The notes: generated from the letters alone by a model not told the origin. Positions 1 to 9,520 are shown, numbered from the stretch's first letter. The stretch is 64,000 nucleotides of DNA from an uncultured Gemmatimonadaceae bacterium (GCA_964596925.1 CAZQWQ010000024.1:135991-199990), one strand, 5' to 3'. Numbers and translations are program-made.

Positions 1-417
1 GTCGGGGTGGTATTGCGGATCGGCCCGGTCGGATGGGTGAACGCCCGGTTCGGTGAAGTGCGCACGCTGCGGCTCGGCGCGACGCTGATGGTGCTCGGAC
101 TCACGCTGCTCCCGTTCCCGAAGATCTTCTCCGTGTTCGTCGTGTGCCTGCTCCTGGTGCCGGCCGGGACAGCGTTCCTGTTCCCCGCTACTTCGTCCCT
201 CGTGAGCCAGCGCACCGACCGGCACGAGCTCGGGCTCACGATGGGCGTACAGCAGACGTTTCGCGGGATCATGGCCATTGTCGGTCCCATCGGGGCGACG
301 CTCGTGTACGAGACTCTGGGCCACGGCGTGCCGTTTTGGATCGCGGCGGGCACGATGGCCGTTGCGCTGATGCTCTCCTCGCAGGTGCGTCACGCACCGG
401 TCGCGGAACTCGCCTAG
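1..417 (+). CDS. MFS-type transporter, C-terminal portion (5' end outside window)
   Basis: The frame is open from base 1 (listed ORF 7..417). The product is a series of hydrophobic helices (LGATLMVLGLTLLPF, VFVVCLLLVPAGTAFLF, IMAIVGPIGATLVY, FWIAAGTMAVALML), like the last TM segments of major-facilitator permeases. Codon bias is G/C at position 3. Confidence 0.55.
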   Translation, partial: VGVVLRIGPVGWVNARFGEVRTLRLGATLMVLGLTLLPFPKIFSVFVVCLLLVPAGTAFLFPATSSLVSQRTDRHELGLTMGVQQTFRGIMAIVGPIGATLVYETLGHGVPFWIAAGTMAVALMLSSQVRHAPVAELA

Positions 418-427
418 ACAGTTAGTT

Positions 428-2017
428 TTGGGAATGCCTATGACGCTCGCCATCGCGCTCGCCGCGGCGTTCCTGTGGCCCGGTGCGGTCCCCGCGCCCA
501 TCAAGCCCAGGCTGGTCGTCGTCATCACCGTCGATCAGCTCCGTCCCGACTACCTCCCCCGCTGGAGGGGACAGCTCACCGAGGGTTTCGCGGTCCTGCA
601 GGTCGAAGGTGCCGTGTTCACCAACGCCTTCCAGGATCACGCGGTGACCGAGACCGCGCCCGGCCACTCCACTGTATTGTCGGGGCGCTGGCCGTCGCAT
701 ACCGGGATCATCACCAACACGCTCGGCGTGGGCGACTCGACCGTGTCGCTGGTGGAGACGGGAGGCGCCGGGGCGTCGCCGCGGCGGTTCCGCGGCACGG
801 CCTTTTTCGACTGGCTCCACGCCGCCGATAGCGCCAGCCGCGCGTTGTCGGTTTCCCGCAAGGATCGCGCGGCGATCCTGCCGATCGGCTCGTCGCGCCA
901 AAATGTGTACTGGTACCAGAGCGGGATGTTCACGACAAGCACCTACTACCGGGACTCGCTACCGCCGTGGGTGCGGGCCTTCAACGCCCTCCGCATCCCG
1001 TTCAAGTCGGCGGGGCGGGAGTTCGGCTTGCTGCTGCCGGATAGCGCCTACGCCGAGCCAGACAGCGCCACGTGGGAAAACGGCGGCCACGACGTCATGT
1101 TCCCGCATCGGCTGCCGACCGACAGTGCGCGAGCCGCGAACGCGTACGCGGGGTCGCCCCCGATGGACTCGCTCATCCTCGCGTTCGCCCTGGCGGGCGC
1201 CGATGCGATGAAGTTGGGCAAGGGGAACACGACGGATCTGCTCTCGGTCGGCCTTTCCACGACCGACGCCATCGGGCACACCTTCGGCCCCGACTCACGC
1301 GAGCTCCACGATCAGGTGCTGCGCTTGGACCGCTACCTCGGGTGGTTCCTCGAGCGGTTGTTCGCCCGCTACGGTCGCGACAAGCTGCTCGTCGTGCTCA
1401 CGGCCGACCACGGCGTGACGCCGTTTCCGGAGCACTCGCGCGCGCACGGGCACCCCGACGCGCGCTGGGTCAACATCGATACGCTGGTGGCTGCCACCAA
1501 TCAGCAACTCGATCGGATGACGGTCGCGGCGGCGCCGCGCCAATGGCTGGACTTCGATACCGGATTGCTATTCCTGCGGGATAACGGCCGCCTGGCGGCG
1601 ACCGGCGTGCGAACCGACAGCGTCCTGGCCGACGTCGCGACTCGCATCCGCGCCGTTCCCGGTGTCGCGCGCGTCGATCTGCCTGCCGACCGCGCCGCCG
1701 CCGATACGGCGGCCGATCCGGTGGCGCGGCGCTGGTTGCACCAGCTCGTTCCGGACGCCGGCGTGGTACTCGTGGTCACACTGGCGGAGTGGAACGCGTG
1801 GTCGTACAGCGGCGGGATCGCCTACGCAGCACATGGACAGCCATCGGACCTCGACGCCCACGTTCCGCTGATCTTCTGGGGCAAGGGCGTACGGGCGGGA
1901 GTCTACGGATCGCGAGCGGCGACAGTGGACATCGCGCCGACCCTGGCGCGGCTGCTGGGGCTCGCGCCGCTGTCCATTCCGGACGGCCGCGTGCTCACGG
2001 AGGCGTTCGCGCGCTGA
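428..2017 (+). CDS. Alkaline phosphatase superfamily enzyme (PafA / nucleotide pyrophosphatase-phosphodiesterase type), secreted
   Basis: N-terminal signal-like segment. Motifs VVVITVDQLRPDYL, TETAPGHSTVLSGRWPSHTGI (nucleophile Thr region) and VVLTADHGV (distal metal ligands). Start is TTG at 428, with alternative ATGs at 434 and 440. Confidence 0.75.
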   Translation: MGMPMTLAIALAAAFLWPGAVPAPIKPRLVVVITVDQLRPDYLPRWRGQLTEGFAVLQVEGAVFTNAFQDHAVTETAPGHSTVLSGRWPSHTGIITNTLGVGDSTVSLVETGGAGASPRRFRGTAFFDWLHAADSASRALSVSRKDRAAILPIGSSRQNVYWYQSGMFTTSTYYRDSLPPWVRAFNALRIPFKSAGREFGLLLPDSAYAEPDSATWENGGHDVMFPHRLPTDSARAANAYAGSPPMDSLILAFALAGADAMKLGKGNTTDLLSVGLSTTDAIGHTFGPDSRELHDQVLRLDRYLGWFLERLFARYGRDKLLVVLTADHGVTPFPEHSRAHGHPDARWVNIDTLVAATNQQLDRMTVAAAPRQWLDFDTGLLFLRDNGRLAATGVRTDSVLADVATRIRAVPGVARVDLPADRAAADTAADPVARRWLHQLVPDAGVVLVVTLAEWNAWSYSGGIAYAAHGQPSDLDAHVPLIFWGKGVRAGVYGSRAATVDIAPTLARLLGLAPLSIPDGRVLTEAFAR

Positions 2018-2032
2018 TACCCAACCAGTCTC

Positions 2033-2839
2033 TCAGCGCACCTCGAACGTCAGGGTCGCCCACTTCGATTCGTAGTCGACCCCACGCCCGGTCGTCGGCT
2101 CCATGTGGATGAACTTGATGTACCACCTGCCGGGCGAGTCCAGGACGAATCGGACCACCCCGTCGTCATCGCTGCGCGCCCGAGTCTCCGGTTTTTGTCG
2201 TCCGTCGTGTTCACCTCCCGCGATCACGAGCTGGCGAATGGCGGGCGTCCCTTCGACCAGGCAACGGAGCGCAACGGTATCCCCGACGTGGAGGCCGTAG
2301 GGATTCGCCAGAGGTACGATCTCGGCTGGGTACCCGAGGCGGGTCCCAAACGCATCAGTCCGCGTCTCGCCTACCTGGACGATCGCTTTCACGTGTTTGT
2401 GGTAGCGCTCCCGTGCGGGGTGGGTGAGCTCACCCCGGCTCGAGCGTAGCTCGAGAATGTCCGGGATCCCATCGTGTTCGAGGTAGCCGTTGAACTCCTC
2501 GGCCGAGAGCGTGAGCTCCCGCGGACCCAGCGACGCCCCGATGACATATGTCCCGGGTGCACCGGTGCGGAGGTGCAGCCATGTCGAATCACCCGACGGC
2601 ATCCAGGCGGCTCGAGGGAGGGAGCGGCGCTCGATGGGACCGACCATGCTCAGGTCCGCGAGTCGATCGGGGGCCACCGGAGCCTCGCTTCGGATGAACG
2701 AGCCGTTCAGCACGAGGACGCGAAGGGGTGCCTCGGGTGGGACGAAGTAGGTCTCGAGCTTGAGGAACAAGTCGTGGGCGACCAACACGGTCGCGGTGGT
2801 CAGCGTCAAGACGAGCGCGCCTCCCAATGGTCTCCGCAT
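2033..2839 (-). CDS. DUF4198-like periplasmic protein (Ni/Co-uptake-associated family)
   Basis: The listed ORF runs to 2980, but the ATG at 2839 is preceded by AAGGAGGG and yields a signal peptide (MRRPLGGALVLTLTTATVLVA) followed by HDLFLKLETYFV, the usual mature N-terminus of this family. Confidence 0.6.
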   Translation of the reverse strand: MRRPLGGALVLTLTTATVLVAHDLFLKLETYFVPPEAPLRVLVLNGSFIRSEAPVAPDRLADLSMVGPIERRSLPRAAWMPSGDSTWLHLRTGAPGTYVIGASLGPRELTLSAEEFNGYLEHDGIPDILELRSSRGELTHPARERYHKHVKAIVQVGETRTDAFGTRLGYPAEIVPLANPYGLHVGDTVALRCLVEGTPAIRQLVIAGGEHDGRQKPETRARSDDDGVVRFVLDSPGRWYIKFIHMEPTTGRGVDYESKWATLTFEVR

Positions 2840-2853
2840 GATCCCTCCTTTGC

Positions 2854-2896
2854 GTCCACAAGGTAGCATGCCGATTGACCGTGGCGACCTGTGGAC
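2854..2896. promoter_or_regulatory. Inverted repeat GTCCACA(A)GGT-N22-ACCTGTGGAC in the divergent region between the DUF4198 gene and the cus block
   Basis: Arms at 2854..2864 and 2887..2896 are complementary over 10 bp with one bulged A. The repeat lies 15 nt upstream of the minus-strand start codon at 2839. Confidence 0.3.
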
Positions 2897-3030
2897 CCAG
2901 CGCGTCCTGGCGAAGTCGATTTGGTCCTCACCGCATGGTGTTGACCAATGCGTGGGTGGGGTCCTAGGTTTCCCAAGCATGAAGCAAGTTTCACGGCTTC
3001 CTCAGGCGACCCTCCCTCCTTCGGGGTACG

Positions 3031-3393
3031 TTGCGCCACATGACTGCTGAGTGGCGCACCAACGCCTGGCGCACCCTCGCCTGTGTAGTGTTGGCGGTGA
3101 TGTGGCTGATGGCGAACCAACCCCTCCACGTGAGTGACGGTCGTCCACACTGCGATGGTCCCGATGCGGCCGCCTCCCAGGAGGTCATGGCGGCGCCCGT
3201 TCAGACCGGCTGTCAGCATGCGGGCGTGATCTGCCTCGCAGCGACCGGATGCATCATGGGTGCGCCTGCTCTGGTGCCTGCCAGCATGACGCTGCCCGGT
3301 TTTCTGACGCCTACGCGCAGCTGCGATGGGCGCCTCACGCCGATTGCCGATCTCTTCCAGTCAGGTCCGCCGACTCCTCCACCCAACAGCTGA
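3031..3393 (+). CDS. Hypothetical small Cys/His/Met-containing membrane-anchored protein upstream of cusCBA
   Basis: ORF of about 117-120 aa (TTG 3031 or ATG 3040). One hydrophobic N-terminal segment (WRTLACVVLAVMWLMA), six Cys plus several His/Met, and a Pro-rich tail (GPPTPPPNS). Same strand as the efflux genes. The SD is weak, so the coding status is uncertain. Confidence 0.35.
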   Translation: MRHMTAEWRTNAWRTLACVVLAVMWLMANQPLHVSDGRPHCDGPDAAASQEVMAAPVQTGCQHAGVICLAATGCIMGAPALVPASMTLPGFLTPTRSCDGRLTPIADLFQSGPPTPPPNS

Positions 3394-3490
3394 TCCTCCT
3401 CGCCTGCGGGCGATAGCGCGAGGCTGCGGATCGACCGTGGCCTGAACTGGTGCTGACCCCGACGGCCACGTTGGGGTCGAGGAGGATGCA

Positions 3491-3748
3491 ATGAACACCG
3501 CGTTGAATACTCGGGCGCTGGCCTTCGCCGGCGCCGCTACTGGCGCCCTCGCGATCCTGGCCTGCTTCACGCTGGGCACGTTGCTCGGACGTCCGGACCC
3601 TTGGATGGCGCTGTTCGTAGGGTCGGGCCCGACGCTTGGGGGATGGCTGATCGGCATCGCCGAAGGAGCTCTCGTCGGCCTGTTCGAGGGTACCCTGATC
3701 GGCGTTTTCTACAACTACTTCGCCACGCCCGTCCGGGGCCAGGCCTGA
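3491..3748 (+). CDS. Hypothetical small integral membrane protein (2 predicted TM helices)
   Basis: ATG preceded by GAGGAGGA. Gly/Ala-rich helices (AFAGAATGALAILACFTLG; GGWLIGIAEGALVGLFEGTLIGVFYNYF). The stop lies 8 nt before the cusC-like start. Confidence 0.5.
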   Translation: MNTALNTRALAFAGAATGALAILACFTLGTLLGRPDPWMALFVGSGPTLGGWLIGIAEGALVGLFEGTLIGVFYNYFATPVRGQA

Positions 3749-3755
3749 GGTCCCC

Positions 3756-5030
3756 GTGAACGGTCATCTCAGGCCAGTGAGCGCGACCGCGTTGCTCGTC
3801 GCGTTGCTGACGAGCGGCGTGGCCGCTCAGGCGGCCCCTTCCGACACGTTGCGGTTATTGGACGCCTTGCAAGCGGCGCTCGCGACCAACCCGATGCTCC
3901 AAGCTGCACGCCTCTCGGCGGTGGCGGCGGCGGAGCGGGTCGGCCCGGCGGGCGCGCTTCCCGATCCCCAGCTTCAGTTCGCGCTGATGAACCGGATGGT
4001 GTCGGAGTTCGGTTCGACCATGGATCCCATGACCATGAACCAGGTCCAGCTCATGCAGATGCTGCCCTGGCCGGGAAAGCTGGGCGGCGCACGCGCCGCC
4101 GCCCGGCACCGCGCTGCGGCCGCCACTGCCGACGCGGAGGAGCAGTCGCGCATGCTCGCGGCGCAGGTTCGCATGACCTACTACGACGTCGCCTACATGG
4201 ACCGCGCCCTCCACGTGATGCTGGGAACCCAGGCTTTGCTAAGAGACTTCCGCGATGTCAGCACGACCATGTACGCCGTCGGGTCCGCGCTGCAGCAGGA
4301 CGTGCTGCGCGCCCAGGTCGAGGTCGCGCGGATGGCCGAAGAGATCACCCGCATGAGACAGGAACGGGTCGCTGCGGTGGCGCGCCTCAACGCGCTGCTG
4401 GGCCGCGAGGCGATGAGTTCCGTCGAGGCGCTCGAGCTGCCCGAGCCGGCCGGCCGGCTCCCCGAGGTCGAATCGCTCATCGCCCGAGCCCTCGATACGC
4501 GCCCCGCGCTGCGCGCCGGAACGGAACGTGTGGCGGCCGCAGATGCCGCTCTCAGAGCGACGCGCCGCGAGCTCTACCCCGACCTGCAAATCGGTGTCGC
4601 CTACCAGGCACGCCCCGCGTTCGAGGACATGATGAGCATCATGATCGGAGTGAATCTCCCGCTCTTCGCAGGCTCGAAACAACTCGCGATGCGTCGGGAG
4701 ATGGCCGCCATGCGGACCATGTCGCAGGCGGAGCTCACGAATCTCCGTAACGAGACGACCGCCCGGATCATTGAGCTGCGGGCGCGCGCCGCGCGGGATC
4801 AGAACCTCGCCCATCTGTATCGGACCAGCATCGTGCCGCAGGCCCGTGCCGCCGTGCAGGCGGCGCTCGCGAGCTACCGCGTCGGGCGCGTGAGCTTCAT
4901 GCAGCTGGTTGACAATCAAATGACCGTGAACGGCTACGAGGCCGAGACTTACCGCCTCATCGCCGATTACCACCAGGCCGTGGGGGAGCTTGAAGCCCTG
5001 GTGGGCCAACCGCTGGAGGAACAGCCATGA
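3756..5030 (+). CDS. cusC: TolC-family outer membrane efflux protein (CusC/CzcC-like)
   Basis: Signal peptide (LLVALLTSGVAAQA), an OEP-type start (LRLLDALQAALATNPMLQAARL) and two internal alpha-helical repeats. The stop overlaps the adaptor start (ATGA at 5027). Confidence 0.8.
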   Translation: MNGHLRPVSATALLVALLTSGVAAQAAPSDTLRLLDALQAALATNPMLQAARLSAVAAAERVGPAGALPDPQLQFALMNRMVSEFGSTMDPMTMNQVQLMQMLPWPGKLGGARAAARHRAAAATADAEEQSRMLAAQVRMTYYDVAYMDRALHVMLGTQALLRDFRDVSTTMYAVGSALQQDVLRAQVEVARMAEEITRMRQERVAAVARLNALLGREAMSSVEALELPEPAGRLPEVESLIARALDTRPALRAGTERVAAADAALRATRRELYPDLQIGVAYQARPAFEDMMSIMIGVNLPLFAGSKQLAMRREMAAMRTMSQAELTNLRNETTARIIELRARAARDQNLAHLYRTSIVPQARAAVQAALASYRVGRVSFMQLVDNQMTVNGYEAETYRLIADYHQAVGELEALVGQPLEEQP

Positions 5031-6229
5031 ACCGGATCGTGCCGCTGCTCATCCTTCCGATCCTGGCGCTGCCCGGCTGCCGGAGCAAATCCCCCGCCGA
5101 CGGGATGGCGGGCATGACGGCGGAAGAGCACGCTCGGATGGGCGCCGCCGCTCCAGCCGCGAGCGACACGGGCATGACGTCAGGGCGTGAACCCGTGCAC
5201 CTGAGCGTGGCCCAAGCTCGGGCGATCGGGGTCACCTACGCGGTGGTTGAGCGCGGAGGAATCGCGCGCACCGTGCGCACGGTGGGGCTAATCGTACCGG
5301 CCGAATCCCGATTGTCGGACGTGACGACCAAGATCGACGGTTTCGTGGACAGCCTGTTCGTCGACGCGACCGGGATGCCGGTCCGTCAGGGCCAGCCGCT
5401 GCTCCTGCTGTACAGCCCGATGCTCGTGGCGGCGCAGGAAGAGCTGCTCACCGCCAAGCGACTGGCGGTCTCCGTCGACTCGGGCGACGGCGATGCCTGG
5501 CGCAACGCACAGGCCCTGCTCGCCGCCGCGCGCCGCCGGCTCATGTACTGGGACATCTCGCCCGATCAGATCGATCGGCTGGAGCGGACTGCCGAAGTCA
5601 CCAAGACGCTCGCTCTGCGGGCGCCGACGAACGGCGTGGTGCTCGAGAAGATGGTGGTCGCGGGTCAAGCGGTGATGGTCGGGATGAAGCTGTACCGGCT
5701 CGCAGACCTGTCCTCCGTGTGGATCGAGGGCGACGTGTTCGAGCAGGACCTGGCCCTGATCCGGGTCGGCGCGACGGCGCGGGTGGGGCTCGCTGCCTAC
5801 CCGGGCCGCCGCTTTTCGGGGCGCGTGACCTTCATTGGGCCCGTGGTGGACCCGCAGAGCCGGGCTGGCCGGGTGCGGGTGGTGCTGTCGAACCCCGACG
5901 GCGTGCTCAAGCCGGGGATGTATGCGACGCTGCTGTTCGACGCCCGGCTCGACGCCGCGGCGCTCAGCGTTCCCGCTGAGGCGGTAGTCATGACCGGCGA
6001 GCGGAATCTGGTGTTCGTTGTCGGGCCTGACGGCGCCCTCACCCCGCGCGAGGTGACGCTGGGGGTGCGCGCGGGAGAACGATTCCAGATCCTGGCCGGC
6101 GTCACGGAGGGTGAGCGGATCGTTGCCTCCTCCAACTTCCTGGTAGACGCGGAATCGCGACTCACGGCCGGCAAAGGCATGCCCGCGATGCCGGGGATGA
6201 ACATGGAGCAGGAAAAGACCCGGCCATGA
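5027..6229 (+). CDS. cusB: RND efflux periplasmic adaptor (CusB-like), lipoprotein
   Basis: Lipobox LALPGC. HlyD-type motifs (LYSPMLVAAQEELL, LRAPTNGVVLEKMVVAGQAV). Met-rich N-terminus (DGMAGMTAEEHARM) and C-terminus (GKGMPAMPGMNMEQ). ATGA overlaps at both ends. Confidence 0.85.
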   Translation: MNRIVPLLILPILALPGCRSKSPADGMAGMTAEEHARMGAAAPAASDTGMTSGREPVHLSVAQARAIGVTYAVVERGGIARTVRTVGLIVPAESRLSDVTTKIDGFVDSLFVDATGMPVRQGQPLLLLYSPMLVAAQEELLTAKRLAVSVDSGDGDAWRNAQALLAAARRRLMYWDISPDQIDRLERTAEVTKTLALRAPTNGVVLEKMVVAGQAVMVGMKLYRLADLSSVWIEGDVFEQDLALIRVGATARVGLAAYPGRRFSGRVTFIGPVVDPQSRAGRVRVVLSNPDGVLKPGMYATLLFDARLDAAALSVPAEAVVMTGERNLVFVVGPDGALTPREVTLGVRAGERFQILAGVTEGERIVASSNFLVDAESRLTAGKGMPAMPGMNMEQEKTRP

Positions 6230-9200
6230 TCGCCAATGTCATCGCGTGGTCCCTGCGCAACCGCTTCCTCGTGGGGCTCGCCACGTTCGCGCTAGTCATC
6301 GCCGGCATCTGGGCCGTGGGCACCACCCCGATCGATGCTTACCCGGATCTCTCAGACGTGCAGGTGGTGATCCAAACGGAGTTCAGCGAGCAGGCGCCGC
6401 AGATCGTGGAGGATCAAGTCACCTATCCCATCGCTTCGGAGATGCTCAAGGTCCCTGGTTCTCGCGTCGTACGGGCCTACTCCTTTTTCGGGCTGTCGCT
6501 CGTGTACGTCCTGTTCGAGGACGGCACGGACCTCTACTGGGCGCGCTCACGCGTGCTCGAGTACATGAACGGACTGCGGCAACGGTTGCCGCAAGGTGTT
6601 GAGCCGACGCTTGGCCCCGACGCGACCGGCGTGGGCTGGGTGTTCGAGTACGTGCTCGAGAGCGACTCGCTCGACCTGGGCGAGCTCCGGACGCTCCAGG
6701 ATTGGTACATCCGCTACCAGCTCACGGCACTCCCGGGCGTCTCCGAGGTCGCAAGCCTGGGCGGGTACGTCAAGCAGTACCAGGTGGAGGTCGATCCCGA
6801 GAGGCTGCGCGCGTTCGGGATTCCCGTGATGCGTGTGGTGGAGGCGATCGGAACTCACAACGCGGACGTGGGCGCGCGCGTGATCGAGATGGGGGGCCGA
6901 GAGTACATGATTCGCGGCCTCGGCTACCTCCGCTCCGTGGCCGACATTGAGGACGTGGCGGTCGGGAGCACGATGTCCGGCACGCCGATCCGGGTGGCGG
7001 ACATCGCCACGGTGCGGGTGGGTCCCGCGCCGAGGCGAGGCGCGGCCGACCTCGACGGGCGCGGCGAGGTGGTCGCCGGCATCGTGATCATGCGGTTTGG
7101 CGGCGACGCCCTGAAGACGATCGAAGCCATCAAGACGCGAGTCGCCGAGATCCAGCGCACGCTTCCAGCCGGCGTGCGGCTCGTGCCCGTGTACGACCGC
7201 TCGGACCTGATCCATCGGGCGATCAACAACCTGAACCGAACGTTGATCGAGGAATCGCTCATCGTCGCGCTCGTCTCGATCGTGTTCCTGCTGCATTTTC
7301 GCTCGGCGCTGGTCGCCATCGTCACGCTGCCGCTCGGCATCCTGATCTCGTTCCTCGTGATGCGCTCGATGGGCGTGGGCGCGAACATCATGAGCCTGGG
7401 CGGGATCGCGATCGCGATGGGGGCGATGGTGGATGCGGCGATCGTGATGATCGAGAACATGCACAAGCACCTCGAACACGAGGCGGAGACGCCGACGGGC
7501 CGGTCACGTTGGGACATCGTGCGCGACAGCGCCGGGCAGGTTGGTCCCCCGCTCTTCTTCTCGCTGCTGGTCATTACCGTCTCGTTCCTCCCGGTGTTCT
7601 CGCTGGAGCAGCAGGAGGGGCGGCTGTTCAAGCCGCTGGCGTTCACGAAGACGTTCGCGATGGCGGGGGCCGCGCTGCTCTCGATCACGCTCGTCCCGGT
7701 GCTGATGGGATATCTGGTGCGCGGGCGGATCCGTCCGCAGGAGGCGAACCCGCTCAATCGCTGGCTGATGCACGCCTATCGGCCCGTGATCGCATGGGTG
7801 CTGCGGTATCCATGGCGGGTGGTGGCCGGCGCCGCGGTCGTGCTCGGGGCCACGGTGCTCCCGTGGAGCCAGCTCGGCAGCGAGTTCATGCCGCCGCTCG
7901 ATGAAGGGTCGTTGCTGTTCATGCCGACCACCGTCCCAGGCGTCTCGATCGCACAGGCGCGCGAGATCATGCGCTACCAGGACAGCGTGCTCGCCGCGTT
8001 CCCGGAGGTCGCTTCGGTGTTCGGCAAAGTCGGCCGCGCGAACACCGCCACCGACCCAGCACCACTCGATATGTACGAGACGACGGTCGTTCTGAAGCCG
8101 CGCAACCGGTGGCGTCCCGGCATGACCACCGAGCGGCTCGTGAGCGAGATGGACCGCGCGGTACGGCTGCCCGGCGTGACCAACGCGTGGACCATGCCGA
8201 TCAAGAACCGGATCGACATGCTCGCCACCGGCGTCCGGACGCCCGTGGGCGTGAAGGTGTACGGCCCGAACCTCGACACGCTGCAACGGTTGGGCGAGCG
8301 CGTCGAGCGCATCCTCCAGGACGTCCCCGGCACGCGCAACGTGTTCGCCGAGCGGAACGTGTCGGGATACTACGTGGACGTGCAGATCGACCGCGCCCAG
8401 GCCGCCCGGTTCGGTCTCAACGCCGGCGACTTGCACGACGTGATCATGGCTACGGCGGGCGGCATGACGGCCGCGATCACCGTGGAAGGGCGCGAGCGTT
8501 ACGATGTCAACGTCCGCTACCCGCGGGAGCTGCGCGACAACGCCGAAAAGCTGGGCGCGATCATGGTGCCCACGATGGCGGGCATCCAAATCCCGCTGGG
8601 CCAGATCGCGGCGGTGAGCGTCGTGCAGGGGCCCATGGCCGTGAAGACGGATGACGCGTTCCCTGTGACGACCGTGTACGTGGACATCGAAGGGCGCGAT
8701 CTCGGCGGATACGTGCGCGACGCGCAGCGCGTCGTGGCCGCGCAATTGACGCTCCCGCCCGGCTACCGCCTGACCTGGAGTGGGCAGTTCGAGTTCATGG
8801 AGCGGGTGCGCGAGAAGCTGCAGCTCGTCGTGCCGCTGACCCTTGGCATCATTGTCCTCCTGTTGTACCTCAACTTCCGGAGCGTGGGAGAGACGCTGAT
8901 CGTCATGCTGGCGCTGCCGTTCGCGCTGGTTGGGGGGATCTGGTCCAACTGGGCGCTGGGCTACAACACGAGCGTCGCGGTGTGGGTCGGATTCATCGCG
9001 CTCGCGGGGGTCGCGGCCGAGACGGGCGTCGTCATGCTCGTCTATCTCGACGAGGCATGGAAGGAGAAAGGGGCGCGTGGCGGGAAGCGGTCGCTCGCGG
9101 ATCTCGTGGCCGCGATCGAAGAAGGCGCCGTGGGACGGATGCGGCCCAAGATGATGACGGTCGTGGCGATCATGGCGGGTCTCGCGCCCATCCTGTGGAG

Positions 9201-9378
9201 CACGGGGACCGGGTCGGACGTGATGAAACGCATCGCGGCGCCCATGGTGGGTGGGATGATCACGTCGACCATTCTCACGCTTGTGGTGATTCCGGCGATC
9301 TACTATCTGTGGCGTAGCTGGCAGCTCGCGCGCATGGCGCCCGACGGCCCCGAACAGGAGTCTGCCGAGACGCCCTGA
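6226..9378 (+). CDS. cusA: Heavy-metal efflux RND pump, CusA type
   Basis: 1050 aa with 12-TM HME-RND architecture. The segments LLFMPTT, APLDMYETT and RIDMLATG align with the E. coli CusA segments that carry the Cu(I)/Ag(I)-binding Met573, Met623 and Met672. Confidence 0.9.
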   Translation: MIANVIAWSLRNRFLVGLATFALVIAGIWAVGTTPIDAYPDLSDVQVVIQTEFSEQAPQIVEDQVTYPIASEMLKVPGSRVVRAYSFFGLSLVYVLFEDGTDLYWARSRVLEYMNGLRQRLPQGVEPTLGPDATGVGWVFEYVLESDSLDLGELRTLQDWYIRYQLTALPGVSEVASLGGYVKQYQVEVDPERLRAFGIPVMRVVEAIGTHNADVGARVIEMGGREYMIRGLGYLRSVADIEDVAVGSTMSGTPIRVADIATVRVGPAPRRGAADLDGRGEVVAGIVIMRFGGDALKTIEAIKTRVAEIQRTLPAGVRLVPVYDRSDLIHRAINNLNRTLIEESLIVALVSIVFLLHFRSALVAIVTLPLGILISFLVMRSMGVGANIMSLGGIAIAMGAMVDAAIVMIENMHKHLEHEAETPTGRSRWDIVRDSAGQVGPPLFFSLLVITVSFLPVFSLEQQEGRLFKPLAFTKTFAMAGAALLSITLVPVLMGYLVRGRIRPQEANPLNRWLMHAYRPVIAWVLRYPWRVVAGAAVVLGATVLPWSQLGSEFMPPLDEGSLLFMPTTVPGVSIAQAREIMRYQDSVLAAFPEVASVFGKVGRANTATDPAPLDMYETTVVLKPRNRWRPGMTTERLVSEMDRAVRLPGVTNAWTMPIKNRIDMLATGVRTPVGVKVYGPNLDTLQRLGERVERILQDVPGTRNVFAERNVSGYYVDVQIDRAQAARFGLNAGDLHDVIMATAGGMTAAITVEGRERYDVNVRYPRELRDNAEKLGAIMVPTMAGIQIPLGQIAAVSVVQGPMAVKTDDAFPVTTVYVDIEGRDLGGYVRDAQRVVAAQLTLPPGYRLTWSGQFEFMERVREKLQLVVPLTLGIIVLLLYLNFRSVGETLIVMLALPFALVGGIWSNWALGYNTSVAVWVGFIALAGVAAETGVVMLVYLDEAWKEKGARGGKRSLADLVAAIEEGAVGRMRPKMMTVVAIMAGLAPILWSTGTGSDVMKRIAAPMVGGMITSTILTLVVIPAIYYLWRSWQLARMAPDGPEQESAETP

Positions 9379-9437
9379 AGGCCTGTCATCCACCACGCAC
9401 CCAGAACTCCGCCCTAGTGGTTTTTCGGCCATAACTG

Positions 9438-9443
9438 TATAAT
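9438..9443 (+). promoter_or_regulatory. Candidate -10 box (TATAAT, preceded by TG) for the porin gene
   Basis: A perfect TATAAT sits in a locally AT-rich patch (ccataacTGTATAATcgg), 78 nt upstream of the ATG at 9521. I found no convincing -35 element. Confidence 0.25.
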
Positions 9444-9520
9444 CGGCCCGGAACTGGCTCACGGAGGGGCTGCCACGTGCCCGAGCCCCGAACACCGCAA
9501 TCCCGCAACGGGGAGGAATC

